From contig BTUM01000008.1 of the NCBI GenBank assembly GCA_045863235.1, forward strand, positions 64,001 to 128,000: a stretch of DNA of 64,000 nt, in the 5' to 3' direction. The notes beneath the pieces were generated by a model. That model had not been told where the DNA came from. It was given only the letters and a program-made list of their open reading frames with translations, and made no database searches. This DNA is from Candidatus Xenobia bacterium. Lineage in GTDB: Bacteria > Vulcanimicrobiota > Xenobia > Xenobiales > QWHO01. The position numbers and the translations under genes were made by a program. Below, in pieces: positions 12,295 through 23,161 of this stretch (its first letter is position 1; each line of letters begins with the position of its first letter).

Positions 12295-12458
12295 CCTGCA
12301 GGAAGAGTTCACCGACGACTCTACCGGAGAACCTGATATGAGCGTACGGCGGATCCTGAGCCGCATTCAATTTTTTTGCCAGAAACCCTGACAAATGCAG
12401 GACTCGCGCCCACTGTAAGGGAAGGGCAACCAGAATTCCTCTGCGGATTCGCCCGATC

Positions 12459-15400
12459 ATGCGTCCTCATGCCGCGCGGCTACGAAGGTTCGTTCTCCGG
12501 GCCCTGACCCTCGGACTGGCTCTGGGAGTCGTGGCCCTGCTGCTGCTTTTCCTCTTCTTCACGCCTTTGGTGCGCATGGCTCTGGGCCCACTGACGCGAG
12601 AACTGGACGGCCGTCTCGTCTTCGACCGGGCCCGGCCTGGTCTGGGCGAGATCGTGCTGGACAACCTGCGAGTCGAGTCCAGGCAAGACGGCCTGGTGCT
12701 GGAGGCCTCCAGCTTGCAGGTCGGCCTGCACCCCCTGGCCTACCTCTCCAGCGGTGACGGGGCCGCCCTGGTAGGCGACATCCGCGTCCACAAGCCGGTG
12801 CTGACCCTGCGCGTCGACTCTGATGGGGTACTCAACCTCAGCCGGCTGTTCCGCCCCCGTCCCCCCGGTCGTCCCTGGCTGGCGCGCTACCGGGGTCGCA
12901 TCCAGGTCACGGACGGCACCAGCTTTTACCGTGATGAGCGGCGTAACCTGTTCGTCTACCAGGCGGGCTTCCAAGGTTTGCTGCAGACGGCCGGGTCGAA
13001 TCCAATGGCAACCCTCGAGCTGACCGTGCAACCGGTCCAGCAGCTGCCGGGAGAGCTCAAGCTGACCGGTTCCCTGGGCCGGGAGGCTCCCGTCCTCGCT
13101 CTGCGCCTCCTCGTGGAGAACCTCGAGCTGAAGCCCTTCTCCGGATACCCGGGCCTGCAGGGCCTGGCCAGCCTTTCCGGGGGCCAGCTCGACGGCGACC
13201 TCCAGGTAGCCGGCCGCGCGAGCAGTTTCGCCGGCCTTCCCAGGGCTCTCTCCTGGTCGGGCAGCCTCCGACTGGCGAGCGGCGCGCTCAGCGCCAATGC
13301 CCTTCCCTGGCCGCTCGAGCAACTGAACGGTCAGGCAACCCTGATGGGCAACGCGTTGCACCTGGAATCCTTCCGGGGGCAAGCCGACGGCACGCCATTC
13401 CAGGTGCGCGGCGACGTTTTCCTACCTCCCCGACTGTGGCTCGATCTGCAAGCCGACTTCCCCAGAATCCAGGCCCACCGTCTGCGTGAGCTGATCCCCC
13501 GGGCTCCGGAGCTGAAAGGCGAAGCCCGACTCGAGCTTTCCCTCGAGGGCTCGAGTCGCAATCCCGAGCTACGAGGCACGGTTCGCTCGGCCCACCTTGG
13601 CAACGGAGAGCAAGAGCTGCACGATCTCGATCTCAGCTTCCGCCTCTCCGAGCGCCTGCTGGAGGTGGAGCAGGCCAGCGCCAGGGCGGCTGGAGGGCAG
13701 CTCTGGGGCAGCGGGTTCGTATTCCTCGATCAGAAGGCCTTGCTGCTCGAGCTGGGCGGCGATCACGCCTCTCTCCAGGAGCTATCCCCTGACCTGAAAG
13801 GCCAGGCCAGCTTCCAGGCCTCGGTGCTGGGAACCCTGGCCGAGCCAATGGTCCAGGGCTCAGCTGAGGTGCTGGCCTTCCAGGGGCTGGGCCAGGTGCT
13901 CGACTCGGCCCACACCAACTTCTTCTTCGGCGCGGATACGCTGCTTTTGCGCTCGGCCACGGTGGCCCGAGGCGGCACCGAGATCCGCCTTCCGGGCGCT
14001 TACCTCGACTTCAAGGACGGCTACCTCGCCGCCGGGGTGGAAGCCGAGCAGGTGGCCTTCCCGCCCCTGACCATTCGGGGGCGCAAGCTGACCGGCAGCC
14101 TGAGCGGCAAGGGAATGCTCTGGGGGCTCTGGAACAAGCCTTCCGAGCTGACTGCTCGAGGGACGCTGCGCGGCTCGAGCCTGGCCATGAGCGGCCACGA
14201 GCTGAGCGACCTGGCCGGCGCCTTCCTCCTGTCCGGCGGGCGGCTCTATTTCCCTCACCTGAACGGACGCATCGAGCAGGGCCAGGTGGAAGTGGCTGGC
14301 AGCTATGGCCTCAAGGGCCAGGACAGTCGCCTGGCCATGCACGGCACCGACCTGCCGGGACGAATCTTGCACGACCTGCTGGCCCTGCCGCTCACCTTCA
14401 CCTCCCCGATCCAGGCCCGGCTCCTCTACGTCGACACCGGGCCGGACTGGTTCGAAGCCGTGGCCGGCAACCATGAGGGCCGGCTGGCCACTGAAGGCGT
14501 GCGGCGTCAGGATGAATCGCTTGAGGCGATGGTCTGGGCCGATCAGGTCGACCTGCGCGTGCTGGGTATGCCGGCCTTCCACCGGGTGGCCGAGGAGTTC
14601 ACCGGACTGGTCGGATTGGAAGGCCCGGCCCGAGCCTTCTCCTTCATCGCCAGCGGCGAGTTGGCGGGCCCCCAACTGGGCCTGACCAGCCCGGTCGAGC
14701 TGAACACCTGGGGAAAGCGCCAGGGCACCGTGCTGAAGCTCGAGCAGGGTTATCTCGCCTGGGATTATCCCCCCACCCGCTCGGTGGCCACCACCGGCGT
14801 GCACGGCCAGGCCTACCCCTTCCCCGGCCCGATCTTCGCCCCCCCGCTGCACAAGGTCAGCCTGGGGGAATTCTCCACCCCCACCTGGGGCCTGCTGAGC
14901 TTGCGCGGCACCATCGACCTGGCTGCCCGCCAGGTGGATCTGCGCTACAAGGCTCAAGACATCGAGCTGGGCTGGCTGGCCTCTCGCCCCTGGCTGGACA
15001 GGCGGCGCACCCTGAACCAGGCTCTGGACCATCACGTGGCTGCCGGCGTGGGCGACGCCACCGGCACGGTACGCGGCTCCTTCGCCATCCCCACGGTCAC
15101 GGGTCAGGTTGATCTACCCTGGATGGCCCTGGAGGGCGGGCAGGTCTACTCGGCCCGCGGGCGACTGAGCGGCAACCGCCGCCAGATGGCCTTCGAGCCC
15201 CTCTGGGTGAGCGCCCACCCCTTCGATTCCCGCCTGGGCCGTGGGCCCGGGGAAGACCTGATGGAGGTGCGCGGGCGGGTGGCCTTCGACTCGAAAGCGC
15301 CCTCCGAGCTCACGTTCAGCACCCGTGGCTTTGATGCGCCCCGGGCGGTGGCTCTCCTGCCCGAGCGATTCTCAACGCCCTTTGGTCGCCTCTACGGACA

Positions 15401-18218
15401 GGTCTCCTTCGATCGGCTGCGCCTGACCGGCCCCCTGTCGCGACCGGCCATGGCCGGTCAGTTGCAGATGCGCCGCGGAGGTCTGCCGCTGCAGGATCGA
15501 ATCTTCCCGCTCGACAGCCTGCTCGTCGACTTCAAGAGCCAGGCAGGCGAGTTCGCCATCTCGCGCCTGGAGCTCGAGTCCGGCCAGTTGCGCATGCTGG
15601 GCAGCGGGAACCGTACCGCCTCGGGCGACTACGTGGCCCAGCTCTACTCGCACGACGTGCCGATGAGCTACTTCCACGGCCTGGGCGCACCCTTCACGGC
15701 CCTGAGCGGCAGCGCCGACCTGACCTTGCGGCTGCAGACCCGGGGCCGGCAGCCGGTCGCCTACCTGGGCCTGGAGTCCGACCAGCTCGCCTGGAGCCCG
15801 TCAGCCCTGACAGGACTGCCGGGCAACTCCATGCTGCTCGACCAGGTGCGTCTGGGCGGCCTGCAGCGCAACGCCGATGGCACCCTCTCCACGGGCTCGG
15901 GCCACGGGATCGAGCTGGCCTGGAGCGGCACCCGCGCCACCCTGGACATTCCACCCGACTCGCTCGGTTTCCAGACGGACGGAGCCAGCTTCACGGCCCA
16001 GGGCTCGGTCAGCTTCCAGCCGCTAAAGCCCGACGACCGGCTCTCCGACTGGTTCAAGTCGCCCGCCGGGCCCGATTTCGGGCCACTGGGCACGGGGCCA
16101 TTCCAGGCCCGCATGGAGAATTTTACCATGAGCCAGCTGGCTGGCCTGCTCGGCCTGACCACCGACCTGGAGGGCCAGCTGAGCGGCACGGTCAGCCTGG
16201 AAGGCCAGTGGTACCGCGACCTGGAGACCCTGGGTGTCAGTCGGCTGCCCCAGTACGGCTTCGAGGTGCGCTCGCTGGAGCTGGCTCGCCAGCTCCAGGA
16301 GAGGCGGCTGGCTCTGAGTCTGGACGGTCCGGCCACCCTGAGCTTCGGGCGCGAGGGACCCAATGCCGTGCTGAGCCTGAGCCCGACCCGCCTCAAGGCC
16401 AACGGCGGGTTCCTGGAGGCGATGGGCCAGCTGGTGCTGGCAGGCAACAAGGACAGCAGCCTGACCGCGACGGTGCGGGACATGCCCCTGGAAGCCCTGG
16501 CCTGGTTGTATCCCACCGCGGCCACGGTGCGGGGCCACGTGGAGCAGCTCGACCTGAAGCTGCAGGGCCTCCTGCCCACGCCCGATCTGGATGTTTCTTT
16601 CCGAGCGGTGCGCGAGAGCGAACTGGTCAAGGGCGTCGAGCTCTCTCTGGCCGGCCAGGTGAGCGGCCGCCCCCAGAGCAACGGCAGCTACCTGGTCGAC
16701 TTCGGCTCGCCTGGGGCCATTCTCACCATCGGCTCCGCCGTGCGAGCGGCCGAGCACCTGACACTGGGAGGCCAGGTCCCCCTGCGCTGGGTGCGCGAAG
16801 CGGCCAACCTGCCGGACCGGCTCAACTGGGCCTGGGACGGGCTGCGCCTGCGTAGCGACGGGGAAATGAGCCTCTCGGCCCACATCGAGGACCAGAACAT
16901 GCAGCTTCTGGACACAATCCTGCCCCAGGTATCCCAGGCCTCGGGCAAGGTGCAGGGGCGACTCGACCTGACCGGCACCCTGGAGCTTCCCAAGGTGCAG
17001 GGAGGGCTGAGCATCGAGAACGCCAGTCTCTCAACCAGCCTGTTCCCCCAGCCGATTACCAACCTGAACGTGCAGACACGATTCGAGCAGATCCGTCCTG
17101 AAGAGGCCGAGGTGGTGGCTGGCGGCGAGAGCTATCAGGGGATGTTCCGCAGCCGCTACTCCATTGACCGCTTCGACGGCCTGATCGGCGGCCATCCGTT
17201 CCAGGTGACCGGCAAGGCCGAGTTGGCCGGCTTCGAGCCCACCTTCCTCAACCTGGGCCTGACCGGCCAGGGTATCCCCCTGCAGCAGGAGCGCTTCCAG
17301 GGCACCGCCGACGTGGCCCTCACCCTGGAGGCCCGCCCCGGCCGGACCCGGGAGAATCCCAACCTGAGTCTCATCCCGGTGGTCACGGGGCAAGTCAACC
17401 TGCCATCCGGCGATCTCACCTTGCAGCTCAGCGATGCCCAGCAGGAGCTGAGCACCTACCGACTGCCCCTGCGCTACGACGTGGACCTGGTTCTGGGGGA
17501 CAACTTCTGGGTGCACGTGGGCGACTCGCGCGTGCGCGCCCAGGGCAACCTGAAGCTGCAGCCCGACTCGGTCACCCGGGCACCCGTGCTCTCGGGACAG
17601 GCCTTTTTGTCTCGGGGCCTGTTGCAGATCCCCTTCTACAACGTGAGCTTCAACATTCGCCAGGGTTGGGCTTACTGGGATCGCAGCCTGATCCCGACGC
17701 TCGAGAACGTGGAAGCGGATACCACCATCGGCGGCTACCAGATCATGGCCCGCATCGACGGCCAGTATCCCAACCTGAAGCTGGACCTGTTCTCCAACCC
17801 GCCCCTGGCCCAGAACCAGCTGCTGCGGATGGTGGCTGTCAGCGGCCTGCCCGGCGGAGGCAGCGAGGTGGGCTCGACCAGCATCCCGATGGACAACTTC
17901 CTGCAGGCCCAGGGGTTGGCGGTGCTCTCGGGATTGATCGCCAGCCCGATCACCCAGCAGATCAGCAAGGTGCTCTTCTTGTCGGAGGTCAGCTTCGACT
18001 ACCAGCTGCCGGCCACGTACGTGGTCAAACTGGCCAAGGCGCTCGACTCCTACGACCGCGTTCTGCTGACGCTGACCCGCATCCTGTACGGCAATGGTCT
18101 TGCCGAGAGTCTCTACGGGCTGGAGTGGCGCTTTCAGCCCAACCTGCTGACCCGGGTGGCCATGGACGACCTGGGGGGGATGCGCTTCTGGTTCCAGGGA
18201 ATCTTCAGCTGGTGGTAG
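12459..18218 (+). CDS. tamB: TamB/AsmA-like (DUF490) large periplasmic beta-taco protein
   Basis: 1919 aa, N-terminal anchor, repetitive Gly-rich beta strands (GSLENP-like), C-terminal L.SNPPL segment and aromatic terminus. Confidence 0.8.
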   Translation: MRPHAARLRRFVLRALTLGLALGVVALLLLFLFFTPLVRMALGPLTRELDGRLVFDRARPGLGEIVLDNLRVESRQDGLVLEASSLQVGLHPLAYLSSGDGAALVGDIRVHKPVLTLRVDSDGVLNLSRLFRPRPPGRPWLARYRGRIQVTDGTSFYRDERRNLFVYQAGFQGLLQTAGSNPMATLELTVQPVQQLPGELKLTGSLGREAPVLALRLLVENLELKPFSGYPGLQGLASLSGGQLDGDLQVAGRASSFAGLPRALSWSGSLRLASGALSANALPWPLEQLNGQATLMGNALHLESFRGQADGTPFQVRGDVFLPPRLWLDLQADFPRIQAHRLRELIPRAPELKGEARLELSLEGSSRNPELRGTVRSAHLGNGEQELHDLDLSFRLSERLLEVEQASARAAGGQLWGSGFVFLDQKALLLELGGDHASLQELSPDLKGQASFQASVLGTLAEPMVQGSAEVLAFQGLGQVLDSAHTNFFFGADTLLLRSATVARGGTEIRLPGAYLDFKDGYLAAGVEAEQVAFPPLTIRGRKLTGSLSGKGMLWGLWNKPSELTARGTLRGSSLAMSGHELSDLAGAFLLSGGRLYFPHLNGRIEQGQVEVAGSYGLKGQDSRLAMHGTDLPGRILHDLLALPLTFTSPIQARLLYVDTGPDWFEAVAGNHEGRLATEGVRRQDESLEAMVWADQVDLRVLGMPAFHRVAEEFTGLVGLEGPARAFSFIASGELAGPQLGLTSPVELNTWGKRQGTVLKLEQGYLAWDYPPTRSVATTGVHGQAYPFPGPIFAPPLHKVSLGEFSTPTWGLLSLRGTIDLAARQVDLRYKAQDIELGWLASRPWLDRRRTLNQALDHHVAAGVGDATGTVRGSFAIPTVTGQVDLPWMALEGGQVYSARGRLSGNRRQMAFEPLWVSAHPFDSRLGRGPGEDLMEVRGRVAFDSKAPSELTFSTRGFDAPRAVALLPERFSTPFGRLYGQVSFDRLRLTGPLSRPAMAGQLQMRRGGLPLQDRIFPLDSLLVDFKSQAGEFAISRLELESGQLRMLGSGNRTASGDYVAQLYSHDVPMSYFHGLGAPFTALSGSADLTLRLQTRGRQPVAYLGLESDQLAWSPSALTGLPGNSMLLDQVRLGGLQRNADGTLSTGSGHGIELAWSGTRATLDIPPDSLGFQTDGASFTAQGSVSFQPLKPDDRLSDWFKSPAGPDFGPLGTGPFQARMENFTMSQLAGLLGLTTDLEGQLSGTVSLEGQWYRDLETLGVSRLPQYGFEVRSLELARQLQERRLALSLDGPATLSFGREGPNAVLSLSPTRLKANGGFLEAMGQLVLAGNKDSSLTATVRDMPLEALAWLYPTAATVRGHVEQLDLKLQGLLPTPDLDVSFRAVRESELVKGVELSLAGQVSGRPQSNGSYLVDFGSPGAILTIGSAVRAAEHLTLGGQVPLRWVREAANLPDRLNWAWDGLRLRSDGEMSLSAHIEDQNMQLLDTILPQVSQASGKVQGRLDLTGTLELPKVQGGLSIENASLSTSLFPQPITNLNVQTRFEQIRPEEAEVVAGGESYQGMFRSRYSIDRFDGLIGGHPFQVTGKAELAGFEPTFLNLGLTGQGIPLQQERFQGTADVALTLEARPGRTRENPNLSLIPVVTGQVNLPSGDLTLQLSDAQQELSTYRLPLRYDVDLVLGDNFWVHVGDSRVRAQGNLKLQPDSVTRAPVLSGQAFLSRGLLQIPFYNVSFNIRQGWAYWDRSLIPTLENVEADTTIGGYQIMARIDGQYPNLKLDLFSNPPLAQNQLLRMVAVSGLPGGGSEVGSTSIPMDNFLQAQGLAVLSGLIASPITQQISKVLFLSEVSFDYQLPATYVVKLAKALDSYDRVLLTLTRILYGNGLAESLYGLEWRFQPNLLTRVAMDDLGGMRFWFQGIFSWW

Positions 18219-18266
18219 GGTTCCAGCCGCGTGCAACCGAACCTTGGCCGTGAGCGGAGGGTGCCC

Positions 18267-19025
18267 ATGATCGAAGGGGGTGCGGCAGAGGTCGAGCGCG
18301 ACCTCGCCGCCGAACGAAGGCAGCTGGCACGGCGCAAGATCAAGGTCAAGAAGATCTTCGCCGCTGAGTTCACGCGCCCCGACGGGGTCAGCAAGAACTG
18401 CTTCGTGCACATCTACGACCTGCACGAAAGCGGCATGCGCATCCACTCCGACTTCTCGCTTCAAGATGGCGAGGTCTTCCCGGTTCGCATGGCTCTGGAC
18501 GAGCCCCTCGAGGTGCAGGTCGAGGTGGTCTGGCAGAAAGAGCTGATCGGCGGCATGCATGTTCTGGGGTTGAAGTTCACCGACCTGACCCGGGAACAGT
18601 CCACCCAGATCCAGCACTTCCTGGACAAGTACTCACCCGAGAACCGGCGCCGCAGCTACCGGCTCGACCGCATCCTCGTGGTGGAGATGGTCCTGGGCTC
18701 GACGCGCCAGAAGTTCGGGGTCTTCACACTGGACCTGTCGGCCTCCGGCATGCGCATCACCCACGAGTTTCCGCTGCCGGAAGACGTGGAGATCCATTTC
18801 CGCATCCTGCTCGAGTATGATCAGGATCCCATCGAGGTAACCGCCCGGGTGCAATGGCAGAAGGAGAATGCCTTCGGGCAGTTCTTGATCGGGGTCGAGT
18901 TCATCGAGATCGGCAGCGAGGCACGCCTGCGGGTCGAGCGCTTCATCGATCGGGCCATGGCCGGCGAGCTCGGCCAGGCCACCATCAACACCCTGGAGAA
19001 CTTCAGCGGGGACGGGCCGGCTTGA
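18267..19025 (+). CDS. Tandem PilZ-domain protein (c-di-GMP receptor)
   Basis: RQLAR + DLHESG and RRSYR + DLSASG; GGAGG before ATG 18267. Confidence 0.88.
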   Translation: MIEGGAAEVERDLAAERRQLARRKIKVKKIFAAEFTRPDGVSKNCFVHIYDLHESGMRIHSDFSLQDGEVFPVRMALDEPLEVQVEVVWQKELIGGMHVLGLKFTDLTREQSTQIQHFLDKYSPENRRRSYRLDRILVVEMVLGSTRQKFGVFTLDLSASGMRITHEFPLPEDVEIHFRILLEYDQDPIEVTARVQWQKENAFGQFLIGVEFIEIGSEARLRVERFIDRAMAGELGQATINTLENFSGDGPA

Positions 19026-20940
19026 TCGCTTCCACCTGAGCGAGCAAACGCGAGAGCTCGTCCTCGGCCGCCAGCGCGCCGTAGCGGGCCCGGCAATAAG
19101 CCTCCAGGAACTGGCGAGCCGGCTGGCTCAGCTCCGGGTGCTCCAGCTGAGCTGCCCATTCGAGTAAGGTCCAATGCTCGGGCCGCTCGAGCTGGTGCTG
19201 GCGCAGCCGGCGCTCGAAGCGCTCGAGAAGCTCACCCAGCCTGCCCTCGGCGCGCTCGCGACCCCGACGCCTCTTGCCCCCCCTCTGCCATCTCAGCCGC
19301 AGGCCGTAGTAGAGGGTCACCAACAGCACCAGGGCAGCCAGCGTGATGGGATGGCTGATGAAGGCCAGCAGGGAGCGGAGCATCTCGGCCGGACTGAGCC
19401 GGAAGAAGTTGCGCGCCTGCATGAACAAGAACATCGCCAGGTCGCCCACCTGCGAGAACCAGCGCCGCCACCAGGAGCGCTGAGGAATGCGTGCCTCGGG
19501 TGGGGTGGGGTCGTAGGTCACCCAGCCCGAGCCCTCCAGGAACACCTCTACCCAGGCGTGAGCGTGCTGGGCCCGGACCGCGTAAAAGCCGCCCAGGTCA
19601 TTGAAGTCGGTCGGGTCCACGATGAAGCCCACCACGTAGCGTGCGGGGACCTTCTGGGTTCGCAGCATCATGACCATGGCCGTGGCAAAGAACTCGCAGT
19701 GGGCCGGGGGGCGCTTTTCCAGGAACTGCTCCAGGGCCGAGCTGCCCTTCTGGAACGGGTAGCCGAAGCCATACTGGAAGTTGTCCTGCAGATAGGCCTC
19801 GATGGCGGCTGCTTTGGCCAGCGGGGTAGGCGCCGAGGCGGTCAGCTCGGCCCCCAGGCGGGCCACTACCGGGGGGAGATCGGGGGGAACCTCGAGGTAG
19901 TAGGGCGGGACCTTGCTGTCCACCGGAGGAGTTCCTCCGCGACCCAGCCAGAACCGGCCGGGAAAGCCCGGCGCGCCCTTGAAGTGGAGACCCGTGGAGG
20001 CAGTGCGCTCGATGCTCTCGAGCTCGGCAGCCAGCAACCAGGCATCGCGCGTCGAGAGCAGTTGCCCGCCGGCCGCGGTCAAGAACTCGACGCGGTCGAC
20101 CAGATCCAGACTGCGAGGGGGGGCCAGCAAGAAAGTATTCTGGCCTTCCAGCCGCTGGCTGGCCCGGGGCAGGGCCCTGGACTCGCCGGGCGGACTGTCC
20201 CACACTTCCCCCCTGGTGAACAGGCCGTAGGAGCGGGCCACCAGGTAGTTGGAGGGCGCCTGCGAGAACAGGCGCAGCACCAGTTGATCCTGCCCGGAGC
20301 TCCGCTGCATGCCGTCCAGCGGGCTACGGGTGGCGAATTGCATGGATACCGGAGTGGTGCTGAAGAGGTTGAGCAGCGTTCCCAGCCGCGTCTCGGAGAA
20401 ACGGGCCGCAAGGGCGATCACCACTGCAACCCCGATGACCGGCACGAAGGCCAGGACGGTTCCCAGCCAGTTCTTGCGGGGCACGGGGGGGCCGAGCTGA
20501 CGTAAGTAGAGGGCCAAGAAGACGGCCTCCAGCAGGCACAGGACCCCATAGGCGATCTCTCCGTCGGCCCGCATGCCGCAGGCGATCAGGAGCGTGATCG
20601 AGCCGCCCGCCAGGATCAGCTTGCCGTTGAAATCATGCCTGCGCACAATCAAGAGCAGGAGGTAGGCAGCCACGATGGTGGCCACCCGGAAGCTGCCGGG
20701 TCCCACGAACGAGCTGTTCATCGGGGTGACGTTGGGCGGGTAAAGCAACACCACCATCGCCGGAAAGGCCAGCGGCAGCAAGGCCCGCTGGGGGATGGCC
20801 AGCTGGCCGTGAAACCAGCAGGCGATCAGGGCCAAGGCGCACAGCAACACGATCAGGGGGTCGGCTCCGCCGACCGAGTAGAGGGCCGCGTAGGACACCA
20901 GCACGGCCAGCAAACCCGTATGAGGCAGGCGCTCTCTCAC
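19003..20940 (-). CDS. Membrane transglutaminase-like protein (TgpA-type)
   Basis: Multi-TM N-terminus; HCEFFATA, HAHAWVEV, YDPTP (Cys-His-Asp triad). Confidence 0.9.
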   Translation of the reverse strand: MRERLPHTGLLAVLVSYAALYSVGGADPLIVLLCALALIACWFHGQLAIPQRALLPLAFPAMVVLLYPPNVTPMNSSFVGPGSFRVATIVAAYLLLLIVRRHDFNGKLILAGGSITLLIACGMRADGEIAYGVLCLLEAVFLALYLRQLGPPVPRKNWLGTVLAFVPVIGVAVVIALAARFSETRLGTLLNLFSTTPVSMQFATRSPLDGMQRSSGQDQLVLRLFSQAPSNYLVARSYGLFTRGEVWDSPPGESRALPRASQRLEGQNTFLLAPPRSLDLVDRVEFLTAAGGQLLSTRDAWLLAAELESIERTASTGLHFKGAPGFPGRFWLGRGGTPPVDSKVPPYYLEVPPDLPPVVARLGAELTASAPTPLAKAAAIEAYLQDNFQYGFGYPFQKGSSALEQFLEKRPPAHCEFFATAMVMMLRTQKVPARYVVGFIVDPTDFNDLGGFYAVRAQHAHAWVEVFLEGSGWVTYDPTPPEARIPQRSWWRRWFSQVGDLAMFLFMQARNFFRLSPAEMLRSLLAFISHPITLAALVLLVTLYYGLRLRWQRGGKRRRGRERAEGRLGELLERFERRLRQHQLERPEHWTLLEWAAQLEHPELSQPARQFLEAYCRARYGALAAEDELSRLLAQVEAIKPARPR

Positions 20941-22202
20941 AGCGACTCCACACCCCGCTCCACATCCTCGGGGGTGAGCACCGTGATGTCACCGGCCAGG
21001 TCCAAGCCCGCGCTGGGATCGGTCGAAGCGGGGGCCGAGCGTACCAGCAGCACTTTGACCTCCGAGCCGCGGTCGCGGATGACCCGCACCATGCGCTCGC
21101 GCCGCTCGTCCCAATCGAGCAGGACCACCACGGTGGTGGTGATGTTCTCCAGATACTCGAGCATGACTGGCTCGATCTTCTCGAAGGGCGGCTCATGGCA
21201 GGGCTCGATGCAGGAGAGGATGTCCATCACATTCTCGAGATAGGCCAGGCTGCGGCCGGCCTGAAAGTGGTAGATCTCCGGTCCGGCCGCGAACAGGTCG
21301 ATGACATACTCTTCGCGGGCGAGCCGGTCGGCCACCGCCGCCGAAAGGGAGACGGCCGCCTCGAAGGCGCGCCGGTCCACCTTCCCCTTCCTGCGAGGAG
21401 GCGGCAGGAAGGTATCCAGCAGAAGTGCGATGCGGCAGAAGTACTCCTCCTGGAACTCCTTCACCACGGGCTTTCCGGTGCGAGCCCAGGAACGCCAGTG
21501 GATGGAGCGCAGTGGATCCCCCTCGCGAAACTCTCGGGTGGACAAGAACTCGGTGGAATCGCCCAGGAAGGAGGTGAGCGCGATCCCACCGGGTTGGTAC
21601 TTGCGCCCCACCGGGATGTCCAGCGACAAGATAGGCTGGAAGTTCGGATACACCAGCAGGGTGTGGGGCTCGAGGTGGTAGACCAGATCGCGCCACAGAC
21701 CCCACGGGAAGGTGGTCTCCTGGCGCAAGCCCTTGAGCACGTAAGCTCCCCGCTGGTCGAAGGAGAGGTCGAGGTGGGTTCTGAGTTGCTCGCCTGGCTC
21801 CAGGCGCGGGATTTGCAGCCCCCATTCGGGCTGGTGGTCCAGCGGAACCGGGGGATAGGCCACCCGCAGGGCCAGGTCGAGCCCGGGACGGCGGGAGAGA
21901 TTCTCGACCAGCAGGCCCACCCGCAGGGGATGACCGCAAGTGGCCCGGTCGGGCCAGGAGGGGCGCACCTTCAGCCTGACGCGGGCCAGTCGGGCCAGCA
22001 CTACCGAGACGAAGAGCAATCCGAAGAGAATGCAGATGACGAAGTAGATCTTGATGACGAAGGAATACCCCCCGGTGCCGTTGGCCAGCAGCATCATCCA
22101 GAAGACCACGCGGCCAGTGGGGGTCAGGCGGTCGCGCAACAGATGGCGCATCCACCGGATGATGAAGCTCTCTCCCAGGTGGATCTTGGGAGGCTCGGCC
22201 AC
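20937..22202 (-). CDS. DUF58 domain protein (MoxR-associated)
   Basis: REFREGDPLRSIHWRSWAR..VVKEF; GTG at 22202 overlaps moxR stop. Confidence 0.9.
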   Translation of the reverse strand: MAEPPKIHLGESFIIRWMRHLLRDRLTPTGRVVFWMMLLANGTGGYSFVIKIYFVICILFGLLFVSVVLARLARVRLKVRPSWPDRATCGHPLRVGLLVENLSRRPGLDLALRVAYPPVPLDHQPEWGLQIPRLEPGEQLRTHLDLSFDQRGAYVLKGLRQETTFPWGLWRDLVYHLEPHTLLVYPNFQPILSLDIPVGRKYQPGGIALTSFLGDSTEFLSTREFREGDPLRSIHWRSWARTGKPVVKEFQEEYFCRIALLLDTFLPPPRRKGKVDRRAFEAAVSLSAAVADRLAREEYVIDLFAAGPEIYHFQAGRSLAYLENVMDILSCIEPCHEPPFEKIEPVMLEYLENITTTVVVLLDWDERRERMVRVIRDRGSEVKVLLVRSAPASTDPSAGLDLAGDITVLTPEDVERGVESL

Positions 22203-23137
22203 TAGGTCGGCACTTTGACCTGCTCGAGCAGGTCGGTCACGATGCTTTCCTTGGAGGTTCCGCCGTACTTGGACTTGGTGTCCAGGCAGAGCCGGTGGGC
22301 CAGCACCGGGGCGGCCAGTCGCTTGACGTCGTCGGGCAGCACGTAGTCGCGCCCGACGCACAGGGCCAGGGCCTGGGAGACCCGGTAGAGAGCGATGGCT
22401 CCGCGCGGGCTGGAGCCGAGCTTGAGGCGCGGCTCGAGGCGGCTGGCCTGCACCAGGGCCAGGATGTACTGGGCCACGGGTCGCTCCACGCGCACTTTGC
22501 GCACCTCTTCTTGAGCTGCGACCACCTCGGAAAGCTCGGCTACCGGCTCGAGGCTCTCGAGGGGATGGCGGGTGCGCTGGCCTTCGAGCATCTCCAACTC
22601 GTGATCAGGAGCGGGGTAGCCGAGCTCGAGCTTGACCGAGAAGCGATCCAGCTGGGCCTCGGGCAGGGGATAGGTGCCGTGGAACTCGACCGGATTCTGA
22701 GTGGCCAGCACCAGGAACGGGTCGGGGAGGCGATAACAGTTGCCCTCGATGGTCACCTGGCGCTCGGACATGGCCTCCAGCAGGCTAGACTGCGTACGCG
22801 GCGAGGCGCGGTTGATCTCGTCGGCCAGCAGGATGTTGGTGAAGACCGGCCCCCGGCGAAAGTCGAACGAGCCCTCGCGAGGGTTATAGATGGACGAGCC
22901 CACGATGTCGGTGGGCAGGAGATCGGGCGTGAACTGCACCCGCTTGAAGTCACCCTGGACGGTCTGAGCCAGGGCCTTGGCCAGGGTGGTCTTGCCCACC
23001 CCGGGCACGTCCTCCATCAGGATGTTGCCCCCGGCCAGGAGAGCGACCACAAGCAGGTGCAGCGATTCTGACTTGCCCCGAATCACCTTCTCGAGGTTGG
23101 CATGGATGCGGTCGTGAAGCGCTTGAGCCTGGCCCAT
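22202..23137 (-). CDS. moxR: MoxR-family AAA+ ATPase
   Basis: EDVPGVGKT, QFTPDLLP, DEINRA, YPLPEAQLDRF. Confidence 0.95.
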   Translation of the reverse strand: MGQAQALHDRIHANLEKVIRGKSESLHLLVVALLAGGNILMEDVPGVGKTTLAKALAQTVQGDFKRVQFTPDLLPTDIVGSSIYNPREGSFDFRRGPVFTNILLADEINRASPRTQSSLLEAMSERQVTIEGNCYRLPDPFLVLATQNPVEFHGTYPLPEAQLDRFSVKLELGYPAPDHELEMLEGQRTRHPLESLEPVAELSEVVAAQEEVRKVRVERPVAQYILALVQASRLEPRLKLGSSPRGAIALYRVSQALALCVGRDYVLPDDVKRLAAPVLAHRLCLDTKSKYGGTSKESIVTDLLEQVKVPT

Positions 23138-23161
23138 GGAGGGCAAGGCATTCGAACCTGG

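Noticed and set aside
19003..23137. MoxR-DUF58-transglutaminase operon as a novel system
   Set aside because: A well-described widespread gene triad
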